Of a DNA stretch of 64,000 nt, positions 37,186 through 47,545 are shown in pieces (the first letter of the stretch is position 1; every line of letters starts with the position of its first letter). Where the stretch lies: contig CAWETW010000004.1 in assembly GCA_963812155.1 (NCBI GenBank), forward strand, positions 128,001 to 192,000. Reading direction: 5' to 3'. The stretch comes from Vulcanimicrobiota bacterium. Lineage in GTDB: Bacteria; Vulcanimicrobiota; Vulcanimicrobiia; Vulcanimicrobiales; Vulcanimicrobiaceae. The translations under genes were made by a program, and so were the position numbers. The notes under the pieces are model-generated. The model searched no databases. It had not been told where the DNA came from and saw only the letters and a program-made list of their open reading frames with translations.

Positions 37186-38400
37186 ATGCAAATCGCTACC
37201 GCCGCACCGTCGCGCCGGACGCTCGAGTTCGGCATCTATCGCGACGGAGACAACAACCTCGACGCGATCCAGGAAGCGACGCTTTCGCAAGCGCTGCAGA
37301 CCAGCGGCCGCGACGCGCGGATCGAGTTTACCGTCGAAGACACGACGTCGCTCCACGGCGGCGAGTTGCACACCGACGAGTTCACGATTGCAGACGGCGG
37401 CATCGGACACGTGCACCGGGAAGCTCCGAAAAGTATGAGCGACGAAGACACGCTCGCCCGGTTCGTCGCGCGCACGCTCGACAACGCCGAGAAAAACGGC
37501 GCCAAGCAGACGTGGATCGATCTGGTAGACCACGGCGGCGGTGATGGCGGCGGACTCCAAACCGGCGACGGCCGCTGCATGCCGATGCCGGCCATCGCGC
37601 AGGCGGTCGCCGACGGCATTGCGCTGCACGCGCGCGCCCATCCCGAAGATGCCGGCCGCGGCGTCGAGGGGGTCGTTGCCAACCAGTGTCTCATGGATAC
37701 GATGGGATTTGCCGACGCGCTTTCGCGCGCGGGCGTGAAATGGTTGGCGGCATCGCCCGAGACGATGCTCGCGCCGGGCGTCCCCAGCGGCGTGGCCCAC
37801 GCCATCGCATCGCACGAAACCGATCCGCACGCGATGGCCGAAGCGATCGTGTCGGAGGTGATGAACGCTCGCTACGATGCCGGTGGATTGGGAACGTTTG
37901 GCCCGGCGGCCGCATTCGACGTTCTGGATCTCGACAAGCGCAAAATCGACGGCGCCGAATCCGCGATCCGGCGCTTCAACGACGAGGCGGCCACCGAAGC
38001 AAGCCGCTCGCCGGTTCGCGCGTCACTGCGCGACGACGTGCGCGCGATCGACGGCATGGCGCGCTTTCCGGGTGCCGGCAGCGACATGCCGTGGCATGCC
38101 GACCGTCCCGCGATGGCCGTGTACGACACGATTGCGGGCGACGGCCGGCTCGGCGCGACGCTCCGCCGTGACGCGGCGGCTGCGCGCGATGCGGTCGGTT
38201 CGCTCGTGCTCGCCCATCGCGAGAGCGACGACTTCCGCGCCTTTGGCGGAGCCGACTACGGCGATTGCGCCGGACCGACGGTGCACGCTCCCCTTACCCG
38301 CAGGCAGATCGATCCGTGGGCAAAGCGCGGCATCAGCGAAACCGACAACGCGTTCTACCGCAGCGTGCATCAAGACGCATTCGTGCGCGCCGTCGCGTAA
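37186..38400 (+). CDS. Clostripain-like (C11) cysteine peptidase
   Basis: YRDGDNNLD, MSD..TL..F, DHGGG (His), ANQCLM (Cys), ASPE; AGGAGG RBS. Confidence 0.8.
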   Translation: MQIATAAPSRRTLEFGIYRDGDNNLDAIQEATLSQALQTSGRDARIEFTVEDTTSLHGGELHTDEFTIADGGIGHVHREAPKSMSDEDTLARFVARTLDNAEKNGAKQTWIDLVDHGGGDGGGLQTGDGRCMPMPAIAQAVADGIALHARAHPEDAGRGVEGVVANQCLMDTMGFADALSRAGVKWLAASPETMLAPGVPSGVAHAIASHETDPHAMAEAIVSEVMNARYDAGGLGTFGPAAAFDVLDLDKRKIDGAESAIRRFNDEAATEASRSPVRASLRDDVRAIDGMARFPGAGSDMPWHADRPAMAVYDTIAGDGRLGATLRRDAAAARDAVGSLVLAHRESDDFRAFGGADYGDCAGPTVHAPLTRRQIDPWAKRGISETDNAFYRSVHQDAFVRAVA

Positions 38401-38413
38401 CGGCGTTGCGCCG

Positions 38414-39394
38414 CTACGGTCCGTCGGCGCAGGCGTGGTACGCGTTCGAATACATCGGCTGGATGCTGTATTGCGTGCCGCCCAGGCCGATCTTCCACTG
38501 ATACGTCTCGCACAGGTCGGCTACTTCCGAGTTGTACGTGAAGTTGTACCACGCAAGTTTCGGACCCGGATCCGTAATAGATTCGAAGGTTTCGTGCGCG
38601 AGCGTCGATACGGTCGAGTTCGTAAGCGCACTCGCACCCCGGGATGCACGCGACGCGCAAAAGCTCACCATTTGGTAGGGCTCGATCGAAACGATCACCG
38701 GGTCGGAAACGTCCGGAAACGAAACGCTCTCGTGATAGGCGCAGAAGTTGAATCGCTTCGGGTGGTCGGGCGAATAGCAGGCGCGCGACCGATCGAAGCA
38801 CGTGTCGCTGCCCTGCGGTAAAAAGATATGATACAGATTGGAGTAGCCCGCCTTATACGCGTTCCGCGCCAGCGCCGCATGCAGCACCGTGAGCAGGTCG
38901 TTTTGATAGAAAAGTTTGGTGTAGGTCGAATACTTCACTGAGAACGTTCCGCCCAGGGTATACGCGGTGGGCGGCGATTTCGTGTACTGAGTCAGCATCT
39001 GCGCGAACGCACTGCCCGTCAGATTCTTTTGAAAGCCTTCGGGGTCGCCCCAGCAGGTCTCGCCTCCCCCCTTGCAGTTGACGTAGACGTTGAACGAGGC
39101 TGCCTGCGTCATCAGCGGACCGCCCTTATCGTCGAGATCCGCGGGGTAGACGGGTTTGTGATCGGGGGCGGTATTCGGCTTGGTGCGACGCAGCGGCATG
39201 AGATGATAGGAGAGCACGCGCGCTCGTTGCGCCATGTGGGCATCGTTTTGCGACACCTCGAGTGCGGCCGGTGCGGAGATTTCGCGCGAAGTGCCGCCAG
39301 CCGTGCCGGGCATCACCGGTTGCGATGCGCCGCAGGCTGCCAGAAAAGTGCCGGTAACGAGAGCGACGCCGGCGCGAACGAAAAACGATGACAT
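38414..39394 (-). CDS. Secreted lipoprotein, Phi-1/EXORDIUM-like
   Basis: Lipobox LAAC; GGPLM, FCAYH, AHETFESITDP, EVADLC. Confidence 0.75.
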   Translation of the reverse strand: MSSFFVRAGVALVTGTFLAACGASQPVMPGTAGGTSREISAPAALEVSQNDAHMAQRARVLSYHLMPLRRTKPNTAPDHKPVYPADLDDKGGPLMTQAASFNVYVNCKGGGETCWGDPEGFQKNLTGSAFAQMLTQYTKSPPTAYTLGGTFSVKYSTYTKLFYQNDLLTVLHAALARNAYKAGYSNLYHIFLPQGSDTCFDRSRACYSPDHPKRFNFCAYHESVSFPDVSDPVIVSIEPYQMVSFCASRASRGASALTNSTVSTLAHETFESITDPGPKLAWYNFTYNSEVADLCETYQWKIGLGGTQYSIQPMYSNAYHACADGP

Positions 39395-39405
39395 GGGACC
39401 TCCTT

Positions 39406-41364
39406 TTAACGCAGATGTGGCACGTTGCTCGGATAGATCGGCCGATTGATAATGCGCTCGAGCGACGCCGCCGGCGCTTCGAGCGCCAATCGGCAGAAGC
39501 CGTCGAAACTCTCGCGAATTGCCTCGCCTTCGGCAAAACGTTCGTTGTCGCGCATGTCGACCTTCGCTTTCACGGGCAAGAAGCGCACGAAGCGCCCTTC
39601 GTCGTCTTCGCCCGTTTCGACGAGCCCGGCGTCGCCGAAAATGCGCAGCGAAGCGGAAATCGTGCGGTCGCGAACTTTATCGAGGTCCAGCTTGCCCGCG
39701 ATGTCGGCGTTGCCGCCGCGCAGCACGCCCTCTCGCGCGAGCGAACGCATTGCGCGATAGATTTCGCGCAGCGTATGCAGCGTCGGCGCGTCGAGATCGA
39801 TGAGGTACTCATTGAGCGCGCGATCGCTTTCGCCGTACAGTAAGTGAATCTGGGCCGGCGCTCCGTCGCGCCCGGCCCGCCCCGCTTGCTGATTGAACTC
39901 GGCAAAATCGAAGTTCAAGTGATAGAGCACCACGTGGCGCACGTCGGGCAGATCGATACCTTCGCCGAACGCCGACGTTGCGATGACGATGCGCAGCGCG
40001 CCTTCGCGAAAGAATCGCTCGACCTCGTGCCGGTCGGCCGTCGGCATTCCGGCATGATAGAACATCACGTCGTTTCCGACGTCCTTGCGCAATGCGGCCG
40101 CAACCTCGGCCGCATCCTTGCGCGAGTTGCAGTAGACGATGCCCTTCTCACCGGCAGCGAATAGATCGCGCAGGTAGCCGACCTTGTCGCGCCGGTTGCG
40201 GGCGTCGGCGACGTGCAGATTCTCCCGGATGGTTGGATCGATCACCCATGCAGTAATGCCGAGCGCTTCGACGATCTTACGAAAGGCCTCGTCACCGGCG
40301 GTCGCGGTGAGCGCCAGCACCTGCGGATGTCCGAGCGCCGCGATTGCCGCACCGAGCCGCGCATAGGCCGGCCGGTGGCGCGACTCGTGCACGTGATGCG
40401 CTTCGTCGACCACCAAGAACGACGGCCGGCTGCTGCCGGTAAACGCGTCGCGATGGAACTCGAGAAACTCCGGCGTCGCCAGGACGACGTCCCACGCGCC
40501 CTCGCGCAGCGCTTCGAACAGATCGCTGCGCTCGGCGTTATCGATCGACCCGTTGGCACGGTAGATGCGCAAGCCGAGCGGATCGAGCGTGCGCGCGAGC
40601 GCCTCGTACTGATCGTTCGCCAGCGCTCGCAACGGATAGACGACGAGCGTCTTGGCTCCCGCCCCGAAGGCGCGCAGCGCCGCCGGAAGTTGAAAGCAAA
40701 ACGACTTTCCGCGACCGGTCCCCAGCACGGCCAGCGTATTGCGGCCGGCATCGACGCGTTCGAGCACGTCGCGCTGCGCCGCGTGCGGCTGCGACGTTCC
40801 GAGCAGCGCGCGCACGACGCGCTCGGCGTCGCCGTCCCACGATTCACGAAGCGGCGCGCGCCCGCGGTCGCGCTCGGCCAGATTCGCGGCGGGATCGCGT
40901 TCGACGAAGATGTTGACGCCGCGATGCTTTTCGCCGCCGCCGGTCAGCGACGCGACGCGCGCGCGATACACGACGCCGCCGTCCATGGCGGGCGCGAGAT
41001 GCGCGGCCATGCCGGCCCCGATGTATCCCAGCATGAGCGCGCCGTATCGAACGGCGATGGCGTTGGGGTCGTACGAATTATCCGGCTCGCGGACGAGCTC
41101 CACGTCGCTCCCGCCTGTTAAGCCTTCGATCGTGTCCTGGCGCCCTTCGAAGGTTACGCCTTTGATCTTGGTGTGAAACGCCTGCGCTTGCGCGATGCGC
41201 GCGTACGGGTCGCGCAGATACTGTTGGCTTTTTGCGTAGGCGCCCTCGACGAACGCATCTCGCTCCCCCGAAGCCGGCGAAGAGACGCCGGATGGCGGTG
41301 CCGATCCGGTGAACGCCGCGAAGGCCGCCTCGAACGCCGCCTCGGAGGGCGTCGGCGGCGGCAG
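39406..41364 (-). CDS. HIRAN domain + RecQ-like DEAH helicase (start non-canonical or uncertain)
   Basis: FHTKIKGVTFEGRQ...LVREPDNSYDPNAI...LGYI (HIRAN); GTGRGKS, DEAH, LTATA, YHAG, SAFGEGID, QQAGRAGRDG. Confidence 0.88.
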   Translation of the reverse strand: MPPPTPSEAAFEAAFAAFTGSAPPSGVSSPASGERDAFVEGAYAKSQQYLRDPYARIAQAQAFHTKIKGVTFEGRQDTIEGLTGGSDVELVREPDNSYDPNAIAVRYGALMLGYIGAGMAAHLAPAMDGGVVYRARVASLTGGGEKHRGVNIFVERDPAANLAERDRGRAPLRESWDGDAERVVRALLGTSQPHAAQRDVLERVDAGRNTLAVLGTGRGKSFCFQLPAALRAFGAGAKTLVVYPLRALANDQYEALARTLDPLGLRIYRANGSIDNAERSDLFEALREGAWDVVLATPEFLEFHRDAFTGSSRPSFLVVDEAHHVHESRHRPAYARLGAAIAALGHPQVLALTATAGDEAFRKIVEALGITAWVIDPTIRENLHVADARNRRDKVGYLRDLFAAGEKGIVYCNSRKDAAEVAAALRKDVGNDVMFYHAGMPTADRHEVERFFREGALRIVIATSAFGEGIDLPDVRHVVLYHLNFDFAEFNQQAGRAGRDGAPAQIHLLYGESDRALNEYLIDLDAPTLHTLREIYRAMRSLAREGVLRGGNADIAGKLDLDKVRDRTISASLRIFGDAGLVETGEDDEGRFVRFLPVKAKVDMRDNERFAEGEAIRESFDGFCRLALEAPAASLERIINRPIYPSNVPHLR

Positions 41365-41368
41365 CGCG

Positions 41369-42688
41369 TTACGGCTTGGCTTCTTCCTCGCCGCCGGCGC
41401 GCTCGGCCGGAGGTTCTTCGAACTCGTCGAGGTTGAGGTTGATCTCTTCATGCCCCTGTTGGATTGCCTCGTCGTGCAGCCCGGCGTTTTGCGCGTCCAG
41501 CGGATCGATCGACTCGGGCTCGTTCGATGCGAGCTCTTCCACCGCGACCGCGCCGGCCTCTGCCTCGCGCCTCTTGCGGTAGCGCGAGGGAGCCGCCGGT
41601 ACGACGGTGCGCGCCGATTTCGCCTTCTGGCGCCGGTCGCGGCGCGCGGCGACGATATCCTCGCGCGCCAGACCGCCGCGACTTTGCAGCGCCGTCGATT
41701 CCGAACGCGTGCGCGAGGTCGCCGTGCGATCCGAGGCCGCGAGCCCCGCACGGCGCCGTTTCACCGCCGCTTCGAGCTGCCGTTTGCGGAAATTGAGCAC
41801 GAGCGGAGCCGAAAAGAAGATCGAGTGGTAACCGCCGGAGACGATGCCGACCAGCAACGCGAAGGCGAAGTTCTTCAGGCTCGCGCCGCCGAGCGCGAGC
41901 AGCGCAACCAGCGTGATGACGACCGTTGCCAGCGTGTTGAACGAGCGCGTCATCGTCTGCTTGATCGACTCGTTGACGATCACGTCGTAGGGCGCGCCCG
42001 CCATCACCTTGGTATTCTCGCGAATTCGGTCGAGAATGACGATCGTATCCATCACCGAGTAGCCGATGACCGTCAGCACCGCCGCCAGGAACGCGTCGTC
42101 GGCCCGCCGGTCGGCCAGCGCGTAGATGCCGATCATCATCGCAGCGTCGCGCACCAGCGCGATGACGGTGACGAGACCGAAAATGTAGTTCCAGCCGAAG
42201 CGGAACGCGATGTAGAGGAACTGGATGCCGAGCGCGATGACGAGCGCCCACAGTGCTTTGATGAGATACTCGCGGCCAAGCGACGGTCCGACCGCCGTGA
42301 TCGACGACTGCGCTCGGTCTACCGGCGCAACGGTGTTGAGTGCGTTCCACATCGGCGCCGAATCGTTGGCAAACGCCGTCTGCGTCTCGATGACGAAGCC
42401 GGTTCCACCGGTGCCGGCGGTCGTGACGGACTCCTCGGTGAGGCCGAGCCCGGAAAGCGCTTTCCTCACCTGATCGCTCGTGGTCGGGCGCGTGAACTTC
42501 ACCGAGATATCGGTGCCGCCGGTAAACGACAACCCGAGCCGCAGCATGTGGGAGGGCTGGAAGCCTTGGCCGCCTTGGAAACCGTGATAGATCATCGAAC
42601 CCAAGCCGAGGGCGATGACGAGGTACGAAATCGCCGAGACGATGCGGAACCATCCGACGATATTCCAGTTCAGTCTGCGAAAGAGCAT
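41369..42688 (-). CDS. secF: Protein translocase subunit SecF with long charged C-tail
   Basis: LGLSFTGG, VGPSLG, GYSVMDTIVILDRIREN, TMTRSFNT. Confidence 0.95.
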   Translation of the reverse strand: MLFRRLNWNIVGWFRIVSAISYLVIALGLGSMIYHGFQGGQGFQPSHMLRLGLSFTGGTDISVKFTRPTTSDQVRKALSGLGLTEESVTTAGTGGTGFVIETQTAFANDSAPMWNALNTVAPVDRAQSSITAVGPSLGREYLIKALWALVIALGIQFLYIAFRFGWNYIFGLVTVIALVRDAAMMIGIYALADRRADDAFLAAVLTVIGYSVMDTIVILDRIRENTKVMAGAPYDVIVNESIKQTMTRSFNTLATVVITLVALLALGGASLKNFAFALLVGIVSGGYHSIFFSAPLVLNFRKRQLEAAVKRRRAGLAASDRTATSRTRSESTALQSRGGLAREDIVAARRDRRQKAKSARTVVPAAPSRYRKRREAEAGAVAVEELASNEPESIDPLDAQNAGLHDEAIQQGHEEINLNLDEFEEPPAERAGGEEEAKP

Positions 42689-44055
42689 TACGCCGCGCCC
42701 CCCGCCCTGGCGAAGACGCCGATGTCGTCCCGCTTGACGCCGTAGAGTTCGGGCGCCGTTGCCACGTCGTTATCCACCAGCGCATCGACGAAGAAGCGCG
42801 TGATGAAGACGGCGGTCACCAGCGAGACGACCGTACCCCAGAAAAGCGTGAAGGCGAAGCCCTTCACCGTTCCGGTGCCGAGCATGTAGAGCACGCCTGC
42901 GCCGACGATGGTCGTGAAGTGACTGTCGAAGACCGCCGAAAACGCGCGCTGGAAGCCGACGCGCACGGCCGCGCGCATGGACTTTCCGTTCCACAGTTCT
43001 TCTTTGATGCGCTCGAAGATCAGCACGTTGGCGTCGACGGCCATGCCGATGGAAAGCACGAAACCGGCGATGCCGGGCAGCGTGAGCGTCGCGTGCGAGA
43101 CGGCGAGAATCGCCATCATCACGAGCACGTAGATCGCCAGCGCGAGGTCGGCGAGCAATCCCGGCAGACGATAGACGAGGATCATAAAGATGAGGACGAG
43201 CGCGAGCCCCAGGATCGACGCTTGCAGCGACTGCACGAGATCGATTTTGCCGAGCGTCGGTCCGATCGTTTCCTTCTCGACGATTTTCGTCGTCACCGGA
43301 AGCGCACCGGCGTTCAACTCGTTGGCAAGCGTCACCGTCTGCTCTTGAGTAAACGCGCCGTGGATCTCCCCGCTGTCGAAAATTGCGCCCTGAATCACGG
43401 GCGCCTCAACGTAACGATGGTCGAGAAAGATGCCCAAGAACTTGCCGAGGTTCGCCGTCGTCAGCTTCCCGAACTTGGCGGGATCCTTCGTCTGGAACAG
43501 TACGTTGGGCTGACCGCTTTGATCGAAGCCGGCCTGCGCCGCTTTGAGATCCTTGCCCGAATAGACGACGTTTCCGCTCGCCGCGTACGCGCCTTGCGCA
43601 ACGTAGGCTTCGGCCTGCGCTTTGTCTTTGGCGGGTGCGTTGGGGCTGGCGAGCACGGCGAGTGCGGCCTGCGCCCGCTGCTCGACTTGCGGCGGAACGA
43701 TCTTGTAATCGAGCACGGCGACTTCTTTGAGCACGCGCTCCGCTTCGTCAGGATTCTTGACGTTCGGAAGTTCGACCAAGATGCGGTCGCTGCCGACGTT
43801 GCTGATCGACGGCTCCGCCACGCCGAGCCCGTTGATGCGCCGGTCGATGACCTCGCGCGTCTGGGCCTGCACCTGCGTGGTGATGACGGGGACCTCGGGC
43901 GTGGGATAGAGCTGCAGCAACAGACGCGATCCGCCTTGGAGATCGAGCCCCAAGTGAATTTTCTGCTGCACGGGTAAGACCGCCCAGATCGAAAGGGCGA
44001 TGACGGCGAGGATGACCAGCGCCTTGAATGGCGTCTTGAGCGTGTTCCAGTTCAT
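42688..44055 (-). CDS. secD: Protein translocase subunit SecD
   Basis: LGLDLQGG, RINGLGVAEP, IGPTLG, LTLPGIAG, GMAVDANVLIFERIKEE. Confidence 0.97.
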   Translation of the reverse strand: MNWNTLKTPFKALVILAVIALSIWAVLPVQQKIHLGLDLQGGSRLLLQLYPTPEVPVITTQVQAQTREVIDRRINGLGVAEPSISNVGSDRILVELPNVKNPDEAERVLKEVAVLDYKIVPPQVEQRAQAALAVLASPNAPAKDKAQAEAYVAQGAYAASGNVVYSGKDLKAAQAGFDQSGQPNVLFQTKDPAKFGKLTTANLGKFLGIFLDHRYVEAPVIQGAIFDSGEIHGAFTQEQTVTLANELNAGALPVTTKIVEKETIGPTLGKIDLVQSLQASILGLALVLIFMILVYRLPGLLADLALAIYVLVMMAILAVSHATLTLPGIAGFVLSIGMAVDANVLIFERIKEELWNGKSMRAAVRVGFQRAFSAVFDSHFTTIVGAGVLYMLGTGTVKGFAFTLFWGTVVSLVTAVFITRFFVDALVDNDVATAPELYGVKRDDIGVFARAGGAA

Positions 44056-44184
44056 AGGCGTCCGAAGAGAGCGGTGCAAACAAAAGGCCCGTACGGATTC
44101 TCGCCGGGCCGGAGGACCTTAACGTTCAGCCGTGACCAGCCCTGCCGCGGCGGTCAAACGCCGGAGGCATGAGGCAGGAGCGGC

Positions 44185-44412
44185 CTACCGAGCGCAGTTC
44201 TTCGGGGCCGGCTTCGCTTGGCGCGAGGGAGCGTGCGCCGGCTTGGGACAAGCCGCCCGCGACACACGTCCGGGAAGGCGGCCGATGGCATATTGCTCGA
44301 CGGTCATGCCGCTTGCCGCTCCCAATGCCGAACGGCTGGGCAGCGAACTATAGAGGGTGCTGCACCCCGAGAGCATTGCGGCAAGGACGAGTAGGGTGAG
44401 CGAGCGGCGCAT
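44185..44412 (-). CDS. Small hypothetical lipoprotein
   Basis: GGAGG RBS; lipobox LSGC. Confidence 0.55.
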   Translation of the reverse strand: MRRSLTLLVLAAMLSGCSTLYSSLPSRSALGAASGMTVEQYAIGRLPGRVSRAACPKPAHAPSRQAKPAPKNCAR

Positions 44413-44489
44413 CGCGCAATTCCTCCGAAGCGGCTAACTGCGGGAACATCCAAGTCTTTCCCTCCTCGGGGCGCGCAAACGAGGGCCGG

Positions 44490-46535
44490 TCATCGCGACA
44501 TTGCCGGCAGCGCCGGCTCGCCGAATACCTCGCACGGACGCAGTTCGAGTTCGGACGGAAGTTCGGCATAGGCGTAGACCGGCACGCGCAGTCCCGATCC
44601 CAGCACAAAATCTGCGAGCATCGGACGCAGCGCCGCAGTGCACACGATCGCGCAACGCTCGCGCGCCGTGCGCGCGGCGTACCGCTCGATGCTTTCGCGA
44701 AGCGCGGCGAGTGCGGTGGGCGCAATCGAAGCGGCGGCCTGACCGCTCCAATTCGCGACGAGCCGTCGCTCGAACTCGGCGTCGAAGATGGCCGGTTCGA
44801 GCGATGCGAGGTCGCGCGTCCGCAACAGATTCGGGACGATCGCGCGACGTGCCGATTCGGCGAGTTCGCGCGGATCGCGGGTTGCGGCCTCGAGCATCGC
44901 TTCCAACAAACGCACCGGGTCGCGCGGCCAAATGCCTTCGCGCAGCAACAACCCGAACGCACGATGCACGCATCCGATCGGCAGCGCATCGCCGCCGATC
45001 TCTTTGACCAGCGCGGGAACGCTCGACCGAAGATGCTCGAGCAGTGTCTGCAACTCTTGTCGGCCGACGAGTTCGGCAGCGTAGCTGCGAGCGATCTCGG
45101 CCAGGTGCGAACCGAGCACCGAGATGGGATCGAATACGAGCGCGCCGGCGTTGACGGCGCGCTCGCGCATTGCCGGTGCGATCCATGCCGCCGGCAAGCC
45201 GTACACCGGCTCGCGTTCGACGGTCGAGGCGATTGCCTGCAACACCGCTTCATCGGCGACGGCCAGCACGCGCTCCAAATCGAGGCGGCCTTGCGCGACC
45301 GTTCGGCCGCGCACGGCAATGGCGTAGACATCGGGCTCGAGCGCGAGCTGGTCGCGCAGCCGCACGCCGGGCAACACGACGCCGATATCGGCCGCAAGCG
45401 CGCGCCGCACTTCGCCGATGCGATCGAGCAGCGCGTCGGATAACGGCGCAACGAGAAGCCTCGCGACGTCGCCACCCATTTCGACGGCGATCGCGTCGAC
45501 GCCGACGAGCGCGAGGGCGAGTTCCGGCCGCCGCATGACGGTGCGGCGTGCGCGCTCTCGATCGAATGCTTCGATCGACCGCTCACGTTGCCGCCGCCGT
45601 TGCGCTGCGTGCGCGACGAAAAACGCACCGGCGCCCAGCACGAGAAACACTGGACGCGGCAGCGCCGGCACGAGCGCCAGCGCGAGCAGCAAACCTCCGG
45701 CGCTGCGCAACACATCGGGTCGCGCAAAGAGTTGCGCGGCGAGGTCGGCGCCGAGCGCGCCGTCGGAGGCCACGCGCGTCACCATCATGCCCATCGCCGT
45801 CGAGATGAGGAACGCCGGAAGCGTCGTGACGAGAGCGTTGCCGATCGAGAGCAGCGCGAACGTGTTGAGGGCGTCCAGAGGCGCCAGACCGTGATAGGCC
45901 ACGCCGACGACGAGCCCGCCCGCCAGGTTCAGCGCGACGATAACGAGCGCGGCGACCGCATCGCCTTTGACGAATTTCCCGGCGCCGTCCATCGCACCGT
46001 AGAAATCGGCCTCCCGTTGCACGGCATCGCGCTTGGCTCTTGCATTGGCGGCGTCGAGGGCGCCGGCGTGCACGTCGGCATCGATCGCCATTTGTTTTCC
46101 CGGCATGGCATCGAGCGTGAACCGCGCTGCCACCTCGGCCACGCGCTGAGACCCGCTTGCAATAACGACGAACTGAATCGTCACCAGGATTGCAAAGACG
46201 ATTACGCCGACCACGAGATTGCCGTGCACGACGAAGGCGCCGAACGCCGGAATGATGCTTCCCACGGCGCCGGGCGTGGCTCCGGCGGTCAGGATCAGCC
46301 GCGTCGCCGAGACGTCGAGCGAGAGCCGGAAGAGCGTCGCCACCAGCAGCGCCGGTGCGAACGCGGAGAACTCCAGCGGATCGTCGACCGTGACCGCCAG
46401 CAGCAGCACGAGCGCGGATCCAAAGATGTTGATGCCGAGGAGCACGTCGAGCAGCGTGGGCGGCAACGGAACGATGAGAATCGCGACGACGCCCAGCAGC
46501 AGCGCTGCAAATGCGTAGACGGGAAGGCGCGTCAC
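44490..46535 (-). CDS. flhA: Flagellar export protein FlhA
   Basis: FSAFAPALL..TLFRLSL, RVAEVAARFTLDAMPGKQMAIDAD, EADFYGAMDGAGKFVKGDA. Confidence 0.95.
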   Translation of the reverse strand: MTRLPVYAFAALLLGVVAILIVPLPPTLLDVLLGINIFGSALVLLLAVTVDDPLEFSAFAPALLVATLFRLSLDVSATRLILTAGATPGAVGSIIPAFGAFVVHGNLVVGVIVFAILVTIQFVVIASGSQRVAEVAARFTLDAMPGKQMAIDADVHAGALDAANARAKRDAVQREADFYGAMDGAGKFVKGDAVAALVIVALNLAGGLVVGVAYHGLAPLDALNTFALLSIGNALVTTLPAFLISTAMGMMVTRVASDGALGADLAAQLFARPDVLRSAGGLLLALALVPALPRPVFLVLGAGAFFVAHAAQRRRQRERSIEAFDRERARRTVMRRPELALALVGVDAIAVEMGGDVARLLVAPLSDALLDRIGEVRRALAADIGVVLPGVRLRDQLALEPDVYAIAVRGRTVAQGRLDLERVLAVADEAVLQAIASTVEREPVYGLPAAWIAPAMRERAVNAGALVFDPISVLGSHLAEIARSYAAELVGRQELQTLLEHLRSSVPALVKEIGGDALPIGCVHRAFGLLLREGIWPRDPVRLLEAMLEAATRDPRELAESARRAIVPNLLRTRDLASLEPAIFDAEFERRLVANWSGQAAASIAPTALAALRESIERYAARTARERCAIVCTAALRPMLADFVLGSGLRVPVYAYAELPSELELRPCEVFGEPALPAMSR

Positions 46536-47545
46536 GGCGCGGCTTTGCGAGTGCGGCGCAACGCCGCAACGATTTCCGCGACGGCGACGTAGTGCGCGCG
46601 CGCAATCGGTTCGCCGATCGCACCGTCGCGGTAGAGTGCGCGCGCCAACGGCGCGTTCTCGACGATTGCGACGTTGAACCGTTCGGCCAACGAACGCACG
46701 CGCCGCGCCGTTTCGCCGGCGGCGCGGACGGTGACGACGGGCACGCACACCTTCGGCGGTCCGTACTCGAGCGCCACCGCAACGTGCGTCGGATTGACGA
46801 CGACGAACGACGCTTCCTTGACCAGCGCAATCGCGCCGCGCGAGAGCGAACGGTGCAGCGCGCGCCGGCGGCCGCGCGCGAGCGGATCGCCTTCCTGTTC
46901 CTTGGCCTCCCGGCGACGTTCGTCGAAACTCATGCGCAGTTTGCGAAGCCACGCGTTGCGCGCCGTGGCGTACTCGGCAAACGCAAACATCAGGCCGGTC
47001 GCGACGGCAGCCAAGGCAACGCGTCCGGTCGCGCGCCACGCCACGGCGGCTGACGCAGCGGCGTTCGACGCGGCCGTCAGCCGCGAAGCGGCTTCAATGA
47101 ATGCGGGCACCATGGCGGCGGTCGCGACCGCGAATGCGACGGCCGCCCGGCCGGCGTGCGCGAACGTCTCGCGCGAGACGATGCGCTTGCAGCCTGCGAC
47201 CGGATCGAGACGTTCCAGTTTGATGCTCGGTGCGTGAAAACGCAATCCGCCGGCCTGGACGACCGTCGCTGCGACGGCCGCCATTGCCGCGCACGCCGTC
47301 GGAACCATCGCGCAGGCCGCCGCGGCTGCGGCAAACATCCAGGCCCCGTCGCCGCGTGCCGAGGCGACGATCGCCCGCCCCGCAATCGCCGCAAAGAACG
47401 GCGCGACGCCGCCAACCGCAAGTGCTGCCGCTGCGAACGCGAGATTCGCGCCGAGCTCTCCGGATCGCGCGACGTCACCTTCGCGCTTGGCTCGTTCGAT
47501 GCGCGCAGGCGTCGCCTCGAAAGCCTTCTCCCCATCGCCGCTCAT
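46532..47545 (-). CDS. flhB: Flagellar export protein FlhB
   Basis: EK...ATP.RIE.AKREGDV.RS.E, LRMS..E...E.KEQEGDP, NPTH autocleavage motif, ENAPLARALY. Confidence 0.93.
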   Translation of the reverse strand: MSGDGEKAFEATPARIERAKREGDVARSGELGANLAFAAAALAVGGVAPFFAAIAGRAIVASARGDGAWMFAAAAAACAMVPTACAAMAAVAATVVQAGGLRFHAPSIKLERLDPVAGCKRIVSRETFAHAGRAAVAFAVATAAMVPAFIEAASRLTAASNAAASAAVAWRATGRVALAAVATGLMFAFAEYATARNAWLRKLRMSFDERRREAKEQEGDPLARGRRRALHRSLSRGAIALVKEASFVVVNPTHVAVALEYGPPKVCVPVVTVRAAGETARRVRSLAERFNVAIVENAPLARALYRDGAIGEPIARAHYVAVAEIVAALRRTRKAAP

